DNA from: Gemmiger formicilis
GTDB taxonomy: Bacteria > Bacillota_I > Bacilli_A > RFN20 > CAG-826
NCBI GenBank assembly: GCA_963612735.1
Contig: CAVDWX010000062.1
Span: 1 to 48,933, forward strand
Direction of reading: 5' to 3'
DNA length: 48,933 nucleotides
Shown: piece by piece, positions 28,486 through 38,292 of the stretch
Numbering within the stretch: position 1 is the stretch's first letter
How the letters are laid out: each line of letters opens with the position of its first letter
The notes under the pieces: generated by a model
What the model saw: the letters and a program-made list of their open reading frames with translations, nothing else
What the model was told of the DNA's origin: nothing
Database searches by the model: none
Translations under genes and position numbers: made by a program

Positions 28486-29277
28486 ATGAAGATACAACAA
28501 TATTATCGTCCCACTAGTGTGGAAGATGCTTATCAAAAACTCGTTGAAAATCCTAAAAATGTTTTACTTGCTGGTGGATTTTGGCTTAAGAAAATGAATC
28601 AAAATTGTGAAACAATTATTGATTTATCTCCGTTAAAGCTCAATCAAATTCATGAAAATAAAGATTATGTTGTTGTTGGGAGCATGGTTAGTCAAAGAGA
28701 TTTTGAAAATTCTAAGATTATCCAAAACCTTTTTAATGATATGGCTGGATTTGCCGTTCGAGAAATAATGTCGGTCCCATTTAGAAATAGCGCAACGATT
28801 GGTGGATCAATCATGGGAAGATATCCTTTTTCGGATGTTATAACTGCCTTACTCGCGATGGATGTAACATTAAGGTTTTATCCAAAACAAGAAATTTCGT
28901 TAGTGGATTTTTTAAATTACAAAGGCAAATTTAATTCCATATTAGTTGATATTGTTATTAAAAAAGAAAAAGGAAAAGGCTTCTTTAAAAAAGTAAAAAC
29001 GACAGCCTTAGATTTCCCACTTATTAATATTGCTGTTAGTAAAAGTGATAAATATCGAATTGTTGTTGGTTCACGTCCCATGGTAGCGTCTTTAGCTATT
29101 AATGCGATGGATTACTTAAATAATTTTTCTAATCCGAGTGAAGAAGACTTTATTAAAGCTAGTGAAATTGCGGTGAATGAATTGAATTTCCTTGATAGCA
29201 TCAATATTTCTAAGGATTATCGCATCGCTTTAGCTAAAACTTATATTAAACGTGGTTTATTGGAGGTCAGCCAATAA
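28486..29277 (+). CDS. Mo-hydroxylase (xanthine dehydrogenase family) FAD-binding subunit, set 1
   Basis: 263 aa. CoxM/XdhB-like FAD_binding_5 start (YYRPTSVEDAY...LLAGGFWL) and ATIGGSI. Confidence 0.85.
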   Translation: MKIQQYYRPTSVEDAYQKLVENPKNVLLAGGFWLKKMNQNCETIIDLSPLKLNQIHENKDYVVVGSMVSQRDFENSKIIQNLFNDMAGFAVREIMSVPFRNSATIGGSIMGRYPFSDVITALLAMDVTLRFYPKQEISLVDFLNYKGKFNSILVDIVIKKEKGKGFFKKVKTTALDFPLINIAVSKSDKYRIVVGSRPMVASLAINAMDYLNNFSNPSEEDFIKASEIAVNELNFLDSINISKDYRIALAKTYIKRGLLEVSQ

Positions 29278-29726
29278 TGAAAGTAACATTTTATTTAAAT
29301 GAAATTTTGATGTCATTTGATGTCAAAGAAAGCGAATATCTTGCTGAAACGTTAAGAAAAAGTGGTCTTAAATCGATACGTTTAGGTTGTAATGAAACAT
29401 CTTGTGGAGCTTGCACTGTTTTAATTGATAATAAGCCAGTCTTATCGTGTGGAGTATTGACTGGACAAGTTGAAGGTCACCACATTACAACTGTAGAGGG
29501 AATTCAAGAAGAAGCTCTTAAAATCGCAAATTATTTTGCTGACCAAGGAGCGGATCAATGTGGATTTTGCAACGTTGGTTATGCATTAGTCCTATACGCT
29601 CTAAAAAGAGAATTAAATAATCCTAGTGATGATGAAATTAAAGATTATATCGTTGGTAATTTATGTCGTTGCACTGGCTATCAATCGCAATTAAAAGCTA
29701 TTCGTGCTTACTTGGAGGACAAATAA
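29277..29726 (+). CDS. Mo-hydroxylase [2Fe-2S]-binding small subunit, set 1
   Basis: 149 aa. Cys clusters CNETSCGACTV...SC and CGFC...CRCTGY. Its ATG overlaps the upstream stop (TAATG). Confidence 0.9.
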   Translation: MKVTFYLNEILMSFDVKESEYLAETLRKSGLKSIRLGCNETSCGACTVLIDNKPVLSCGVLTGQVEGHHITTVEGIQEEALKIANYFADQGADQCGFCNVGYALVLYALKRELNNPSDDEIKDYIVGNLCRCTGYQSQLKAIRAYLEDK

Positions 29727-29728
29727 AC

Positions 29729-32035
29729 ATGAGAGTTGTTAATAATAAAACCCATTCAGTGGATGGCAAAGGCCTCATGATGGGTCGCCCTGCTTACACT
29801 GATGATTTAGCGGAACAAAATTCATTAGTTATTAAAATATTACGTTCACCTCATGCTTTTGCTCATATTAAAAATATTGATACTAGCGAAGCGGAAGCAT
29901 TAAATGGTGTTGTTTTGGTTTTGACATATAAAGATGTGCCTCGCGTTTCTTTTTCCCGTGCTGGTCAAGGTTATCCTGAGCCATCTCCTCATGATAAATT
30001 CATTCTCGATGAATATGTGAGATATGTCGGTGATGAAGTAGCATGCGTTGCCGCGATTAATGAAGAAATTGCTGTTGAAGCTCTTAAACTTATCAAGGTT
30101 GATTATGAAATATTAGAACCTGTTTTAGATTTTGAAACCGCTTATGAAAATAAATCGGTTATTCATCCTGAAGATGGAATAAATGAAATGTTCCCGATTG
30201 GCTTTGAACCAAAGAAAAATGTCGCTGCTGCTTATGATATGGTAGTGGGAGACGTCAACAAAGTCATGAACGAATGCGATGTCGTTATTGAACACACCAT
30301 TTATTCACAAGCTCAAGCTCACGCTATGCTTGAACCTCATTCTTCTAATGCTAGATTAGACGAACATAATCGATTAGTTATCTATTCATCGACACAAACA
30401 CCATTCCATATGCGAAGAATTATGTCTACAACTCTAGGCATTCCAATTTCCAAAATTAGATTTATCAAACCTCGTGTTGGCGGTGGTTTTGGTGGAAAGC
30501 AAGCTTTTCATGGCGAATTCTTCTGTGCGTTAGTAACCTTGAAAACAGGTAGACCTACTAGATGCGTCTATACAAGAGAAGAAGTATTTGAATCTTCTTA
30601 TACTCGTCATCCAATGAAAATATCGATTAAATTAGGAGCAACTAAGGAAGGTAGAATTAGAGCCATTGATTGTAACGCTTTAAGCGATACTGGAGCGTAT
30701 GGAGAACATTCATTAACAGTTTTTATGATTGTAGGTAGTAAAGTTTTACCTCTATACAATAAGGTTGATGCCGTTCATTTTGGAGGAAAAGTGGTTTATA
30801 CCAATCACGTTTCCGCTGGTGCGTATAGAGGGTATGGCGCTATTCAAGGAAATTATGCTTTAGAAACAGCAGTGGATATCCTTGCTGAAAAACTTCACAT
30901 GAATCCAATGGTGGTTCGTGAAATTAATTCCATGAGAGAAAAAGAAACCTCTCCTATTTTTGAAATCATGGGAGAAGGTACAAAAGGTACCGCTATGATT
31001 ATGGAAAGTTGTAAATTACCATACTGCATTAAACGCGGTGCAGAATTAATTGATTGGAATAACAATTATCCGCGTAAAGTAGTCGGCCCTCATAAAGTCA
31101 GAGGATACGGAATGGCCATTGCCATGCAAGGAAGTGGCATACCATTTATGGATATGGGAAGCGCTACTATCAAATTGAATGATGGTGGTTCGTATAATTT
31201 AACCGTTGGAGCGACTGATATTGGACAAGGTTCCGATACCATCCTATGCCAAATTGCAGCGGAGGAATTAAGAACTACTGTTGATAAGATATTGATTTAT
31301 TCATCTGATACCGATTTAACCCCGTTTGATTGTGGAGCATATGCTTCATCTACTACTTATATATCCGGTAATGCGACTTGGAATGCTGCAAAAAAGATGA
31401 GAGAAAGATTAGAAAAAGAAGCAGCGGACTATTTAGGTGTGAAGTCAAATAGTATTGAATTTGACGGAGAAAAATTCACTTCAGGAGATAAGACTGTTAC
31501 TTTAAATGAACTATCAATTAAACTCTTATATAATCAAAATCAACATCAAGTTGCAGTGACTGAATCTTATTTTGGAAAAGTATCTCCCCCTCCCTTTATG
31601 GCGGCTTATGCTGAAGTGGAAGTTGATACTGAAACTGGCGAATATGAAGTCTTAAATTATGTTACGGTTACGGATTGTGGCACTACCATTAATCCGATGT
31701 TAGCGAAAGGACAAGTGGAAGGTGGTATTGCTCAAGGTTTAGGCATGGCATGCTTTGAAAGAGTAATCTATGATAAGAAAGGTAAACTTCTTTCTAATAA
31801 TTTCCTTTCATATCATGTGCCTACTCATAAAGAGATTCATCATTACATTACTGAATTTGCGGATTCATATGAACCAACTGGTCCATTTGGGGCAAAATCA
31901 GTGGGGGAAATTGGAATTGATACTCCGCCCGCAGTTATTTGTAATGCTATTTATAACGCTGTTGGAGTAAGAATTAACGATTTGCCAATCACTCCTGAAA
32001 AAATATATTTAGGCATGCAAAAACTTAAAAAATAA
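29729..32035 (+). CDS. Mo-hydroxylase molybdopterin-binding large subunit, set 1 (768 aa)
   Basis: Start moved to ATG 29729 (MRVVNNKTHSVDGKG; GGAGGA 9 nt upstream). The track start at 29663 overlaps the small subunit gene. Motifs RVGGGFGGKQ, GAYRGYG and C-terminal GAKSVGEIG. The substrate cannot be assigned by eye. Confidence 0.9.
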   Translation: MRVVNNKTHSVDGKGLMMGRPAYTDDLAEQNSLVIKILRSPHAFAHIKNIDTSEAEALNGVVLVLTYKDVPRVSFSRAGQGYPEPSPHDKFILDEYVRYVGDEVACVAAINEEIAVEALKLIKVDYEILEPVLDFETAYENKSVIHPEDGINEMFPIGFEPKKNVAAAYDMVVGDVNKVMNECDVVIEHTIYSQAQAHAMLEPHSSNARLDEHNRLVIYSSTQTPFHMRRIMSTTLGIPISKIRFIKPRVGGGFGGKQAFHGEFFCALVTLKTGRPTRCVYTREEVFESSYTRHPMKISIKLGATKEGRIRAIDCNALSDTGAYGEHSLTVFMIVGSKVLPLYNKVDAVHFGGKVVYTNHVSAGAYRGYGAIQGNYALETAVDILAEKLHMNPMVVREINSMREKETSPIFEIMGEGTKGTAMIMESCKLPYCIKRGAELIDWNNNYPRKVVGPHKVRGYGMAIAMQGSGIPFMDMGSATIKLNDGGSYNLTVGATDIGQGSDTILCQIAAEELRTTVDKILIYSSDTDLTPFDCGAYASSTTYISGNATWNAAKKMRERLEKEAADYLGVKSNSIEFDGEKFTSGDKTVTLNELSIKLLYNQNQHQVAVTESYFGKVSPPPFMAAYAEVEVDTETGEYEVLNYVTVTDCGTTINPMLAKGQVEGGIAQGLGMACFERVIYDKKGKLLSNNFLSYHVPTHKEIHHYITEFADSYEPTGPFGAKSVGEIGIDTPPAVICNAIYNAVGVRINDLPITPEKIYLGMQKLKK

Positions 32036-32052
32036 TGCAAAACGAGGTTTAA

Positions 32053-33360
32053 ATGAACGATTTATTAATTAAAAATGGTTTAGTTTATATTGATAATGAA
32101 TTTAAAAAGATAAATATCGGTATCAAAGATGAGCTCATATCTTATCTTGGTGAAGATGAGCTTCCTTCTTTAAAAGTTATCGACGCTAGTGGAAAGAAAA
32201 TCATTCCCGGCTTAATCGATAGTCATGTTCATTTTGAACTTTATTGTGGCACTATTACCTCTAGAGATGATTTTAGAAGTGGAACTATTTCTGGAGCGTA
32301 TGGAGGGGTCACCACTATAATTGACTTTTTAGACCCTTCTAGCACGGTTGAGGAACTCGTAACTACTTATAATGAAAGAAAAAAATTAGCCAAAAAAAGC
32401 GTTACGGATTATTGCTTTCACGCTTGCATTAAGGAACCTAAATGTGACTTAGAAGATTATGTTAAGAAAGTCAAAGAATTAGGAATGAATACCATTAAAT
32501 TATTCACTACTTATTCTGAAACACATCGAAGAACATATGATAAAGATATTATAAAATTATTGGAACTATCAAAAAAATATCATATTTTAATCACTGCTCA
32601 TATTGAAAATGATGAGCTTATTAATCATGATGATAATTTGCTTTGTGTAGATATAAATAAGGCCCGACCATCCATTGCTGAAACTAGTGAAGCCTTAAAA
32701 TTAGCATTGTACGCTAAAGAGACAGGCGGTTATTTATATATGGTTCATTGTAGCAGTGGTAAAACACTTAAATACCTTGTTGAACAATTTGGTGACATCT
32801 TGAATAAAAATTTATTCATCGAAAGCTGCCCGCAATATTTTATGTTTGATGATAGTGAATTTAATAAACCCAGCGGTGCTTTGTTCACTTTTGCTCCACC
32901 TTTAAGAAGTCGTGGTGAAAAAGAATTATTAAGTCAATATTATCGATATATAAATACGATAGGTACTGATCACTGTTCTTTTACCAAAAAGGATAAATTA
33001 TCTCATCCTTTATTAAATGGACACCCTCTTGGAATAGGTGGAATTGAATCTTCTTTCATGGTTATGCATTCATTATTCGGTGATGACATGATTGACAAAA
33101 TGAGCAAAAATATCGCTGATTTGATGGGAATTAAGAAAAAAGGTAGCATAAAAATTGGAAATTATGCTGATTTTGTTTTCTATATTGAAAAGGATGTAAT
33201 CATTGATAAACCTCATTCTAATGTCGATTATTCGATATATGAAGGGTTACATAGTGACATTGAAATTACTGATACTATAATTAGAGGTAGATATATTATT
33301 AATAACAAAAAATACATCGAAAATGTTGGGAGACTTTTAAATGAAGAAAGCACTGATTAA
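32053..33360 (+). CDS. hyuA: cyclic amidohydrolase of the dihydropyrimidinase/D-hydantoinase type (HyuA/YgeZ-like)
   Basis: 435 aa. Metal ligands DSHVHF, IKLFTTY (carboxylated Lys position), AHIEND, VHCSS and TDHCSF. CPQYFMFD matches the HyuA region as I remember it. Confidence 0.8.
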   Translation: MNDLLIKNGLVYIDNEFKKINIGIKDELISYLGEDELPSLKVIDASGKKIIPGLIDSHVHFELYCGTITSRDDFRSGTISGAYGGVTTIIDFLDPSSTVEELVTTYNERKKLAKKSVTDYCFHACIKEPKCDLEDYVKKVKELGMNTIKLFTTYSETHRRTYDKDIIKLLELSKKYHILITAHIENDELINHDDNLLCVDINKARPSIAETSEALKLALYAKETGGYLYMVHCSSGKTLKYLVEQFGDILNKNLFIESCPQYFMFDDSEFNKPSGALFTFAPPLRSRGEKELLSQYYRYINTIGTDHCSFTKKDKLSHPLLNGHPLGIGGIESSFMVMHSLFGDDMIDKMSKNIADLMGIKKKGSIKIGNYADFVFYIEKDVIIDKPHSNVDYSIYEGLHSDIEITDTIIRGRYIINNKKYIENVGRLLNEESTD

Positions 33361-34636
33361 CATTCGACTATATGATTATCATATTTACATTGAAAACGCT
33401 TATGTTGTTTTTGATAAAGAAATAATAGAAGTTGGTGAAATGACTGCTTTTCAAAATAATGATTATTTAATAATCGATGGAAAAGGAAAATTGTTGCTCC
33501 CTAATTTCGTTTGTGCTCACGCTCATATTTATTCGATATTTGCTCGAGGATTAGCTCTTCCCTTTAATCCCGCTAATTTTCAAGAGATATTGGATCAAAT
33601 GTGGTGGAAATTGGATTCACAAATCGATAATAAAATTACTTATTATTCAGGAATAGCGGCCGGCACTGAATTCATTAAAAATGGTGTTACCACGATTATT
33701 GATCATCACGCCTCAGGAAAAGAAATTTTAGCCTCTTTATCATCTTTAAAAAAATCTCTTGTAGACACCCTTAATTTAAGAGCGATTCTTTGCTTCGAAA
33801 CTAGCGATAGATATAAAATTGATGATTGCATCAAAGAAAATGTTTCATTCGCTAAAAGGTATCATAATTCTCACATTTCAGGATTATTTGGTTTGCATGC
33901 CTCTATGTCTTTAAGCGAAGACACCTTAAAATTAATCAAAAGAAAACAAAAAGATATTCCTCTTCATGTTCATGTTGGCGAATCGATTATGGATGAAGAA
34001 GACTCTATTAATAAATACGGATTAAGAATAATCAATCGATTTGCTAAATATGGATTGATTAAAGAAGATTCGTTAATTGTACATGGTGTATATTTAGATG
34101 AATGCGAATTAGATATAATTAAAAACTTAAAAGCCTATATGGTAGTAAATACTACTTCAAATATGAATAACGCAGTTGGACTACCAAACGTTAAAGCTTT
34201 TATTGATAAAGGCATTCCCGTCTTAGTGGGTAATGATGGGCTTTCCACTAGTATGGCGAATGAATATAATAATATTTTTTACACTTCTCATCTTAAAAAT
34301 GAATCCGCTACAACGCTTAATTTGAGTGATATTTTAAAGATGATTCTTAATGCTTATGACTATGCTTCAAGAAGACTAAATATTAAATTAGGAAGAATTG
34401 AAGCAGGCTATGTTTCTGACTTTTTGTTACTACCATATACACCATTTACTAAAATGGATAATTCTAATGCATTTGGTCATTTATTTTACGGCTTATATCC
34501 TAGTTTTAAACCAAGTCATGTCTTTGTTGATGGAAAATTATTGTTAAAGAATTATGAATTGGTTTCTAAAAAAGCAAAAGATGAATTAACAAAAGCAAAA
34601 ACTATATCTAATATACTTTGGGAAAGGGTTATTTAA
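33341..34636 (+). CDS. ssnA: SsnA-family amidohydrolase (chlorohydrolase/deaminase superfamily)
   Basis: 431 aa. Motifs CAHAHIYS, MWWKLD, YYSG, IDHHAS, CFETSDR, NMNNAVG and EAGYVSDF line up with E. coli SsnA as I remember it. 20-nt overlap with the upstream gene. Confidence 0.85.
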   Translation: MKKALINIRLYDYHIYIENAYVVFDKEIIEVGEMTAFQNNDYLIIDGKGKLLLPNFVCAHAHIYSIFARGLALPFNPANFQEILDQMWWKLDSQIDNKITYYSGIAAGTEFIKNGVTTIIDHHASGKEILASLSSLKKSLVDTLNLRAILCFETSDRYKIDDCIKENVSFAKRYHNSHISGLFGLHASMSLSEDTLKLIKRKQKDIPLHVHVGESIMDEEDSINKYGLRIINRFAKYGLIKEDSLIVHGVYLDECELDIIKNLKAYMVVNTTSNMNNAVGLPNVKAFIDKGIPVLVGNDGLSTSMANEYNNIFYTSHLKNESATTLNLSDILKMILNAYDYASRRLNIKLGRIEAGYVSDFLLLPYTPFTKMDNSNAFGHLFYGLYPSFKPSHVFVDGKLLLKNYELVSKKAKDELTKAKTISNILWERVI

Positions 34637-34638
34637 TT

Positions 34639-35727
34639 ATGGATTTAACAACTAAATTTGATGGATTAATTCTCAAAAATCCTTTAATGCCTGCGGCTGG
34701 TCCTCTTGTAGGTGATGCTCAAAAAATGCTTTGGCTAAAAGAGCAAGGATGTGGAGCAATTGTCGCTAAAACGATATCCACGAAGGATGCTCATATTCCT
34801 CATCCATGCATTTTTGGAGAAGGGCAAGGAACAATCTTTAACTGTGAATTATGGAGCGAATATCCTAAAGAAAAATGGATAAATGAATTCCTACCTGAAT
34901 TTGTTAAAAATAAAGGCGACACTCCCTTAATTATTTCTGTTGGCTATACCAAACAAGATATGGAAGAATTGATTCCTCTTTTAGATGAATTTGCGGATGC
35001 ATTTGAAGTCTCCACTCATTATGTTGGGACTTCTCATGAAGCGATTGGTGAAACTGTTAGAACTATTCGTTCTTTAACTTCTAAACCAATCTATATGAAA
35101 ATATCGCCACATATTCCTGATCCTAGTGGATTTGCAAGAACTATAAAAGAAAACGGTGCTAACGGAGTGGTAGCGATAAATTCTCTCGGACCAGCCATGA
35201 AAATTGACATTAAAGATAGAAGCATGGCAATCTCTAATTATGGCGGTTATGTGTGGATGAGTGGCCCTGTTATTAAACCTTTAGCATTAGCTACTGTTTA
35301 TACCATTAAACAAGCAGAGTCATCTTTAACCGTTATTGGAGTAGGTGGAGTTAGCTCCGCTGACGATGTCATCGAATTCCTTTTAGCGGGTGCTTCCGCA
35401 GTGGGAATGCTTTCCGCTCCAATGTTAAGAGGAAAAGAACTATATAAAAAGATTATTGATGATTTACCAAAAGCACTTATTAAATATGGGTTTAATTCTG
35501 TCCAAGAAGTCATCGATACTGCTTTAACAAATAAAGTTAAATATGAAGCTAATTTGCCTAGTGTAGATGCTTTAAAATGCACGCACTGCAAATTATGTAT
35601 GAGGAATTGCCCATATTTTGCTATTGATATGGATGAACATGTTGTTCCATTTTTTAATACAAATAAATGTTTTAGATGTGGTCTATGTGCCTCTAAATGT
35701 CCAAGTAAGGCTATTAATTTTAAATAA
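34639..35727 (+). CDS. dihydroorotate/dihydropyrimidine dehydrogenase-like FMN protein with a C-terminal 2x[4Fe-4S] ferredoxin domain (PreA-like)
   Basis: Start moved to ATG 34639 (MDLTTKFDGL; GGAAAGGG upstream). The track start is a TTG. Motifs NPLMPAAGP, AIVAKTIS, MKISP, VAINSLGP and IGVGGVSSADDVIEFLLAGASAV. Fe-S motifs CTHCKLCMRNCP and CFRCGLCASKCP. Confidence 0.85.
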   Translation: MDLTTKFDGLILKNPLMPAAGPLVGDAQKMLWLKEQGCGAIVAKTISTKDAHIPHPCIFGEGQGTIFNCELWSEYPKEKWINEFLPEFVKNKGDTPLIISVGYTKQDMEELIPLLDEFADAFEVSTHYVGTSHEAIGETVRTIRSLTSKPIYMKISPHIPDPSGFARTIKENGANGVVAINSLGPAMKIDIKDRSMAISNYGGYVWMSGPVIKPLALATVYTIKQAESSLTVIGVGGVSSADDVIEFLLAGASAVGMLSAPMLRGKELYKKIIDDLPKALIKYGFNSVQEVIDTALTNKVKYEANLPSVDALKCTHCKLCMRNCPYFAIDMDEHVVPFFNTNKCFRCGLCASKCPSKAINFK

Positions 35728-35732
35728 AATAT

Positions 35733-37829
35733 ATGCGAAATCAATTTCTAACATCAGTAAAAAAAGTCGATAACGAAGAGAAAATGTCTGGTGAAGCCTT
35801 ATTCACAGATGATATCCCCATGGATGGTGTTTTAAACGCAATCATGATAAGGAGTAGCATAGCTAGAGGCAAAATTAATGAAATTGAAGTTCCCCCTCTT
35901 CCTGATGGCTATTATTTCATCAGCGCAAAAGATATCGTTAAAGAAAATGTATGCAATATTATCTTTTCAGATTGGCCAGTTTTCGCTGATAAAGAAGTTA
36001 ATTATTTAGGTGAAACTATTGGCTTATTAATTGGTGAAGATAAAAACATTTTACTGGAATTATCGCATCAAATTTATGTTGATTATGAAGAAGAAACGCC
36101 AGTATATGATATGGTTAATAGTTATATTCATAAAGAATTCACTAAAGGCGATATTATTAAAATAAAAAAAGATGCAATTAAAGTAATTAGTGAATCTTTT
36201 GAAACTGGTTATCAAGAGCAAGTCTATTTAGAAACTCAAGGGATGCTCATGTATTTAGACGACGATAAGATTACAGTTAAAGCTTCTATGCAATGTCCAT
36301 TTTATGTTAAAAAAGCTATTGTTAGAACTCTTGGCTGTCCTGAAGATAAAGTAAGAGTTATTCAACCTGCAGTGGGTGGAGCATTTGGTGGTAAGGAACA
36401 TTTCCCCTCCCTTATGGCAGCTCAATTAGCCACAGCGATTGTTAAAATTAAAAAACCCATCAAAATGATTTTTGATCGAAGTGAAGACATTGCTTTTACT
36501 ACAAAAAGACATCCTAGTAAAACAACGATATCGGCTTATATCGATGATAACAACAATATCTTAGGAATGAAAATTGTGGTGGGTATTGATGGAGGTGCCT
36601 ATAAAGGGTGTTCAGGAGTAGTTTTATCGCGTGCTCTTATCGCTTGTACAAATACGTATACCTTTGATAATTTAGAAGTATATGGCGATGCTTATTGCAC
36701 TAACAAAGTTCCTTCTGCTGCCTTTAGAGGATTTGGTTCGCCTCAAACCATATTTGCTATTGAAATGTTTATGCATCATTTGGCAAAAGAATTAGGCGTT
36801 GATCCTTTATTATTAAGAGAAAAATATATGGTCAAAACAGGAGATATTACAGCTACTTCTGGTATATTTAGAGATGATATTATTCTTGATAAAATCGAGC
36901 ATAAAGCGATGGAAATGTCTCACTATAAAGAAAAAATAAAAGAGTATAGTAAGCCAAATTGTTATAAAGGAATTGGCATGTCATTCTTTTTACATGGCTG
37001 TGGATTTACCGGTAGTGGAGAAAGCGACATCATCAAAGCTAAAGTGAGAATGAATAAGGATGAGAATGGAATAGTTAGGTTTTATACTTCTCAAGTTGAT
37101 TTTGGACAAGGCAATAGAACTACACTTAAAAGAATCGTTGTTGATACCCTTCAAATTCCAGAAGATAAGGTTATATATGACGCTCCTGATACTGACTTAA
37201 CTTTAAATAGTGGACCCACTGCCGCATCTAGAACTACGATTATCGTGGGTGGATTGGTGGCTAAGGCTGCAAAGCATTTAAAATCGATATGGAAAGATGG
37301 AGAATTTCAAGAAATCATCGAGCCATATGTTGGTCCTAGTTATATTAAATGGGATGAAAATACTATGCAAGGTGATGCTTATCCAGGCTATGCTTGGGGC
37401 GCTAATGTGGTTGAAGTAGATGTAGATCCGATTACTTATCAAGTTAAGATTTTGGGTTGCTGGTCGGTTTATGATGTCGGTCATTGTATTGATGAAAGAA
37501 TATGTTACGGGCAAGCTGATGGTGGCTTAGTTCAAGCATTAGGTTATGGCTATATGGAAAATTGTGTTGCAGTAGATGGCAAGTTTAGACAAAAAACTTT
37601 GTCAGATTATATTATTCCTACTACCAAAGATATTCCTACTTTAGAAACTGCTTTCATAGATAACCCGTTTAAATTTGGAGCCTTTGGGGCAAAAGGAGCA
37701 GGAGAACTTACTTTTGTTGGTGGAGCCCCCGCTTTAGCCTTAGCTATTGAAAACGCAATTAATAAAAAAATAAATAAAATTCCTGCAAATCCTGAATATA
37801 TTATGGAGTTAATGAATAATGAAGATTAA
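35733..37829 (+). CDS. Mo-hydroxylase molybdopterin-binding large subunit, set 2 (698 aa, shorter than set 1)
   Basis: Motifs AVGGAFGGKE, AAFRGFG and GAKGAGELT. The N-terminus KKVDNEEKMSGEALFTDDI aligns with the usual R-x-D-x3-K-x-TG-x-A-x-Y-x-D start. It begins 5 nt after the PreA-like gene. No obvious Shine-Dalgarno (SD) sequence. Confidence 0.85.
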   Translation: MRNQFLTSVKKVDNEEKMSGEALFTDDIPMDGVLNAIMIRSSIARGKINEIEVPPLPDGYYFISAKDIVKENVCNIIFSDWPVFADKEVNYLGETIGLLIGEDKNILLELSHQIYVDYEEETPVYDMVNSYIHKEFTKGDIIKIKKDAIKVISESFETGYQEQVYLETQGMLMYLDDDKITVKASMQCPFYVKKAIVRTLGCPEDKVRVIQPAVGGAFGGKEHFPSLMAAQLATAIVKIKKPIKMIFDRSEDIAFTTKRHPSKTTISAYIDDNNNILGMKIVVGIDGGAYKGCSGVVLSRALIACTNTYTFDNLEVYGDAYCTNKVPSAAFRGFGSPQTIFAIEMFMHHLAKELGVDPLLLREKYMVKTGDITATSGIFRDDIILDKIEHKAMEMSHYKEKIKEYSKPNCYKGIGMSFFLHGCGFTGSGESDIIKAKVRMNKDENGIVRFYTSQVDFGQGNRTTLKRIVVDTLQIPEDKVIYDAPDTDLTLNSGPTAASRTTIIVGGLVAKAAKHLKSIWKDGEFQEIIEPYVGPSYIKWDENTMQGDAYPGYAWGANVVEVDVDPITYQVKILGCWSVYDVGHCIDERICYGQADGGLVQALGYGYMENCVAVDGKFRQKTLSDYIIPTTKDIPTLETAFIDNPFKFGAFGAKGAGELTFVGGAPALALAIENAINKKINKIPANPEYIMELMNNED

Positions 37830-38292
37830 TTTCACGCTTAATCATAAGCCGCTAGAAGTCGATGTCGATCCATCGATGAGGCTTTTAGATTTACTTAGAG
37901 ATGTTTTAAATTTAAAAGGTGTTAAAGAAGGATGTGGGGAAGGTGCATGTGGTGCATGTACTGTTTTAGTTGATAAACAATGTTACGATTCCTGCCTTAC
38001 TCCCGTGGCTAATATAATTAATAAAGATATATTAACAATTGAAGGATTTAAGTTAACAAAAGAATATCGAATCATCGCTGATGCTTTTGCTGATATGGGA
38101 GGAAGCCAATGCGGTTTTTGTACCCCTGGAATGATTATGGCAACGTATGGTTTATTTTTGCATAACCCTCATCCAAGTGAAGAAGAAATACGCGTTGCAC
38201 TATCTGGCAATTTATGCCGATGCACAGGCTATCAGGCTATTATTAATGCTGTTTTAGAAGCTAGTGAAAAAGGAGACGGATTATGGAAATAA
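37819..38292 (+). CDS. Mo-hydroxylase [2Fe-2S]-binding small subunit, set 2
   Basis: 157 aa. Cys clusters CGEGACGACTV...SC and CGFCTPG...CRCTGY. 11-nt overlap with the large subunit gene. Confidence 0.9.
   Translation: MKINFTLNHKPLEVDVDPSMRLLDLLRDVLNLKGVKEGCGEGACGACTVLVDKQCYDSCLTPVANIINKDILTIEGFKLTKEYRIIADAFADMGGSQCGFCTPGMIMATYGLFLHNPHPSEEEIRVALSGNLCRCTGYQAIINAVLEASEKGDGLWK

Noticed and set aside
29663-29728. Upstream extension of the set-1 Mo large subunit ORF
   Set aside because: It overlaps the 3' end of the 2Fe-2S subunit gene in another frame. ATG 29729 has GGAGGA at ideal spacing and gives the normal family N-terminus.
31770-31970. 66-aa alternative-frame ORF inside the set-1 large subunit gene
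   Set aside because: It is nested in a well-supported gene and has no RBS.
35298-35744. 148-aa minus-strand ORF
   Set aside because: It is antisense to the PreA-like gene, including its Fe-S domain. The sense frame carries textbook motifs.
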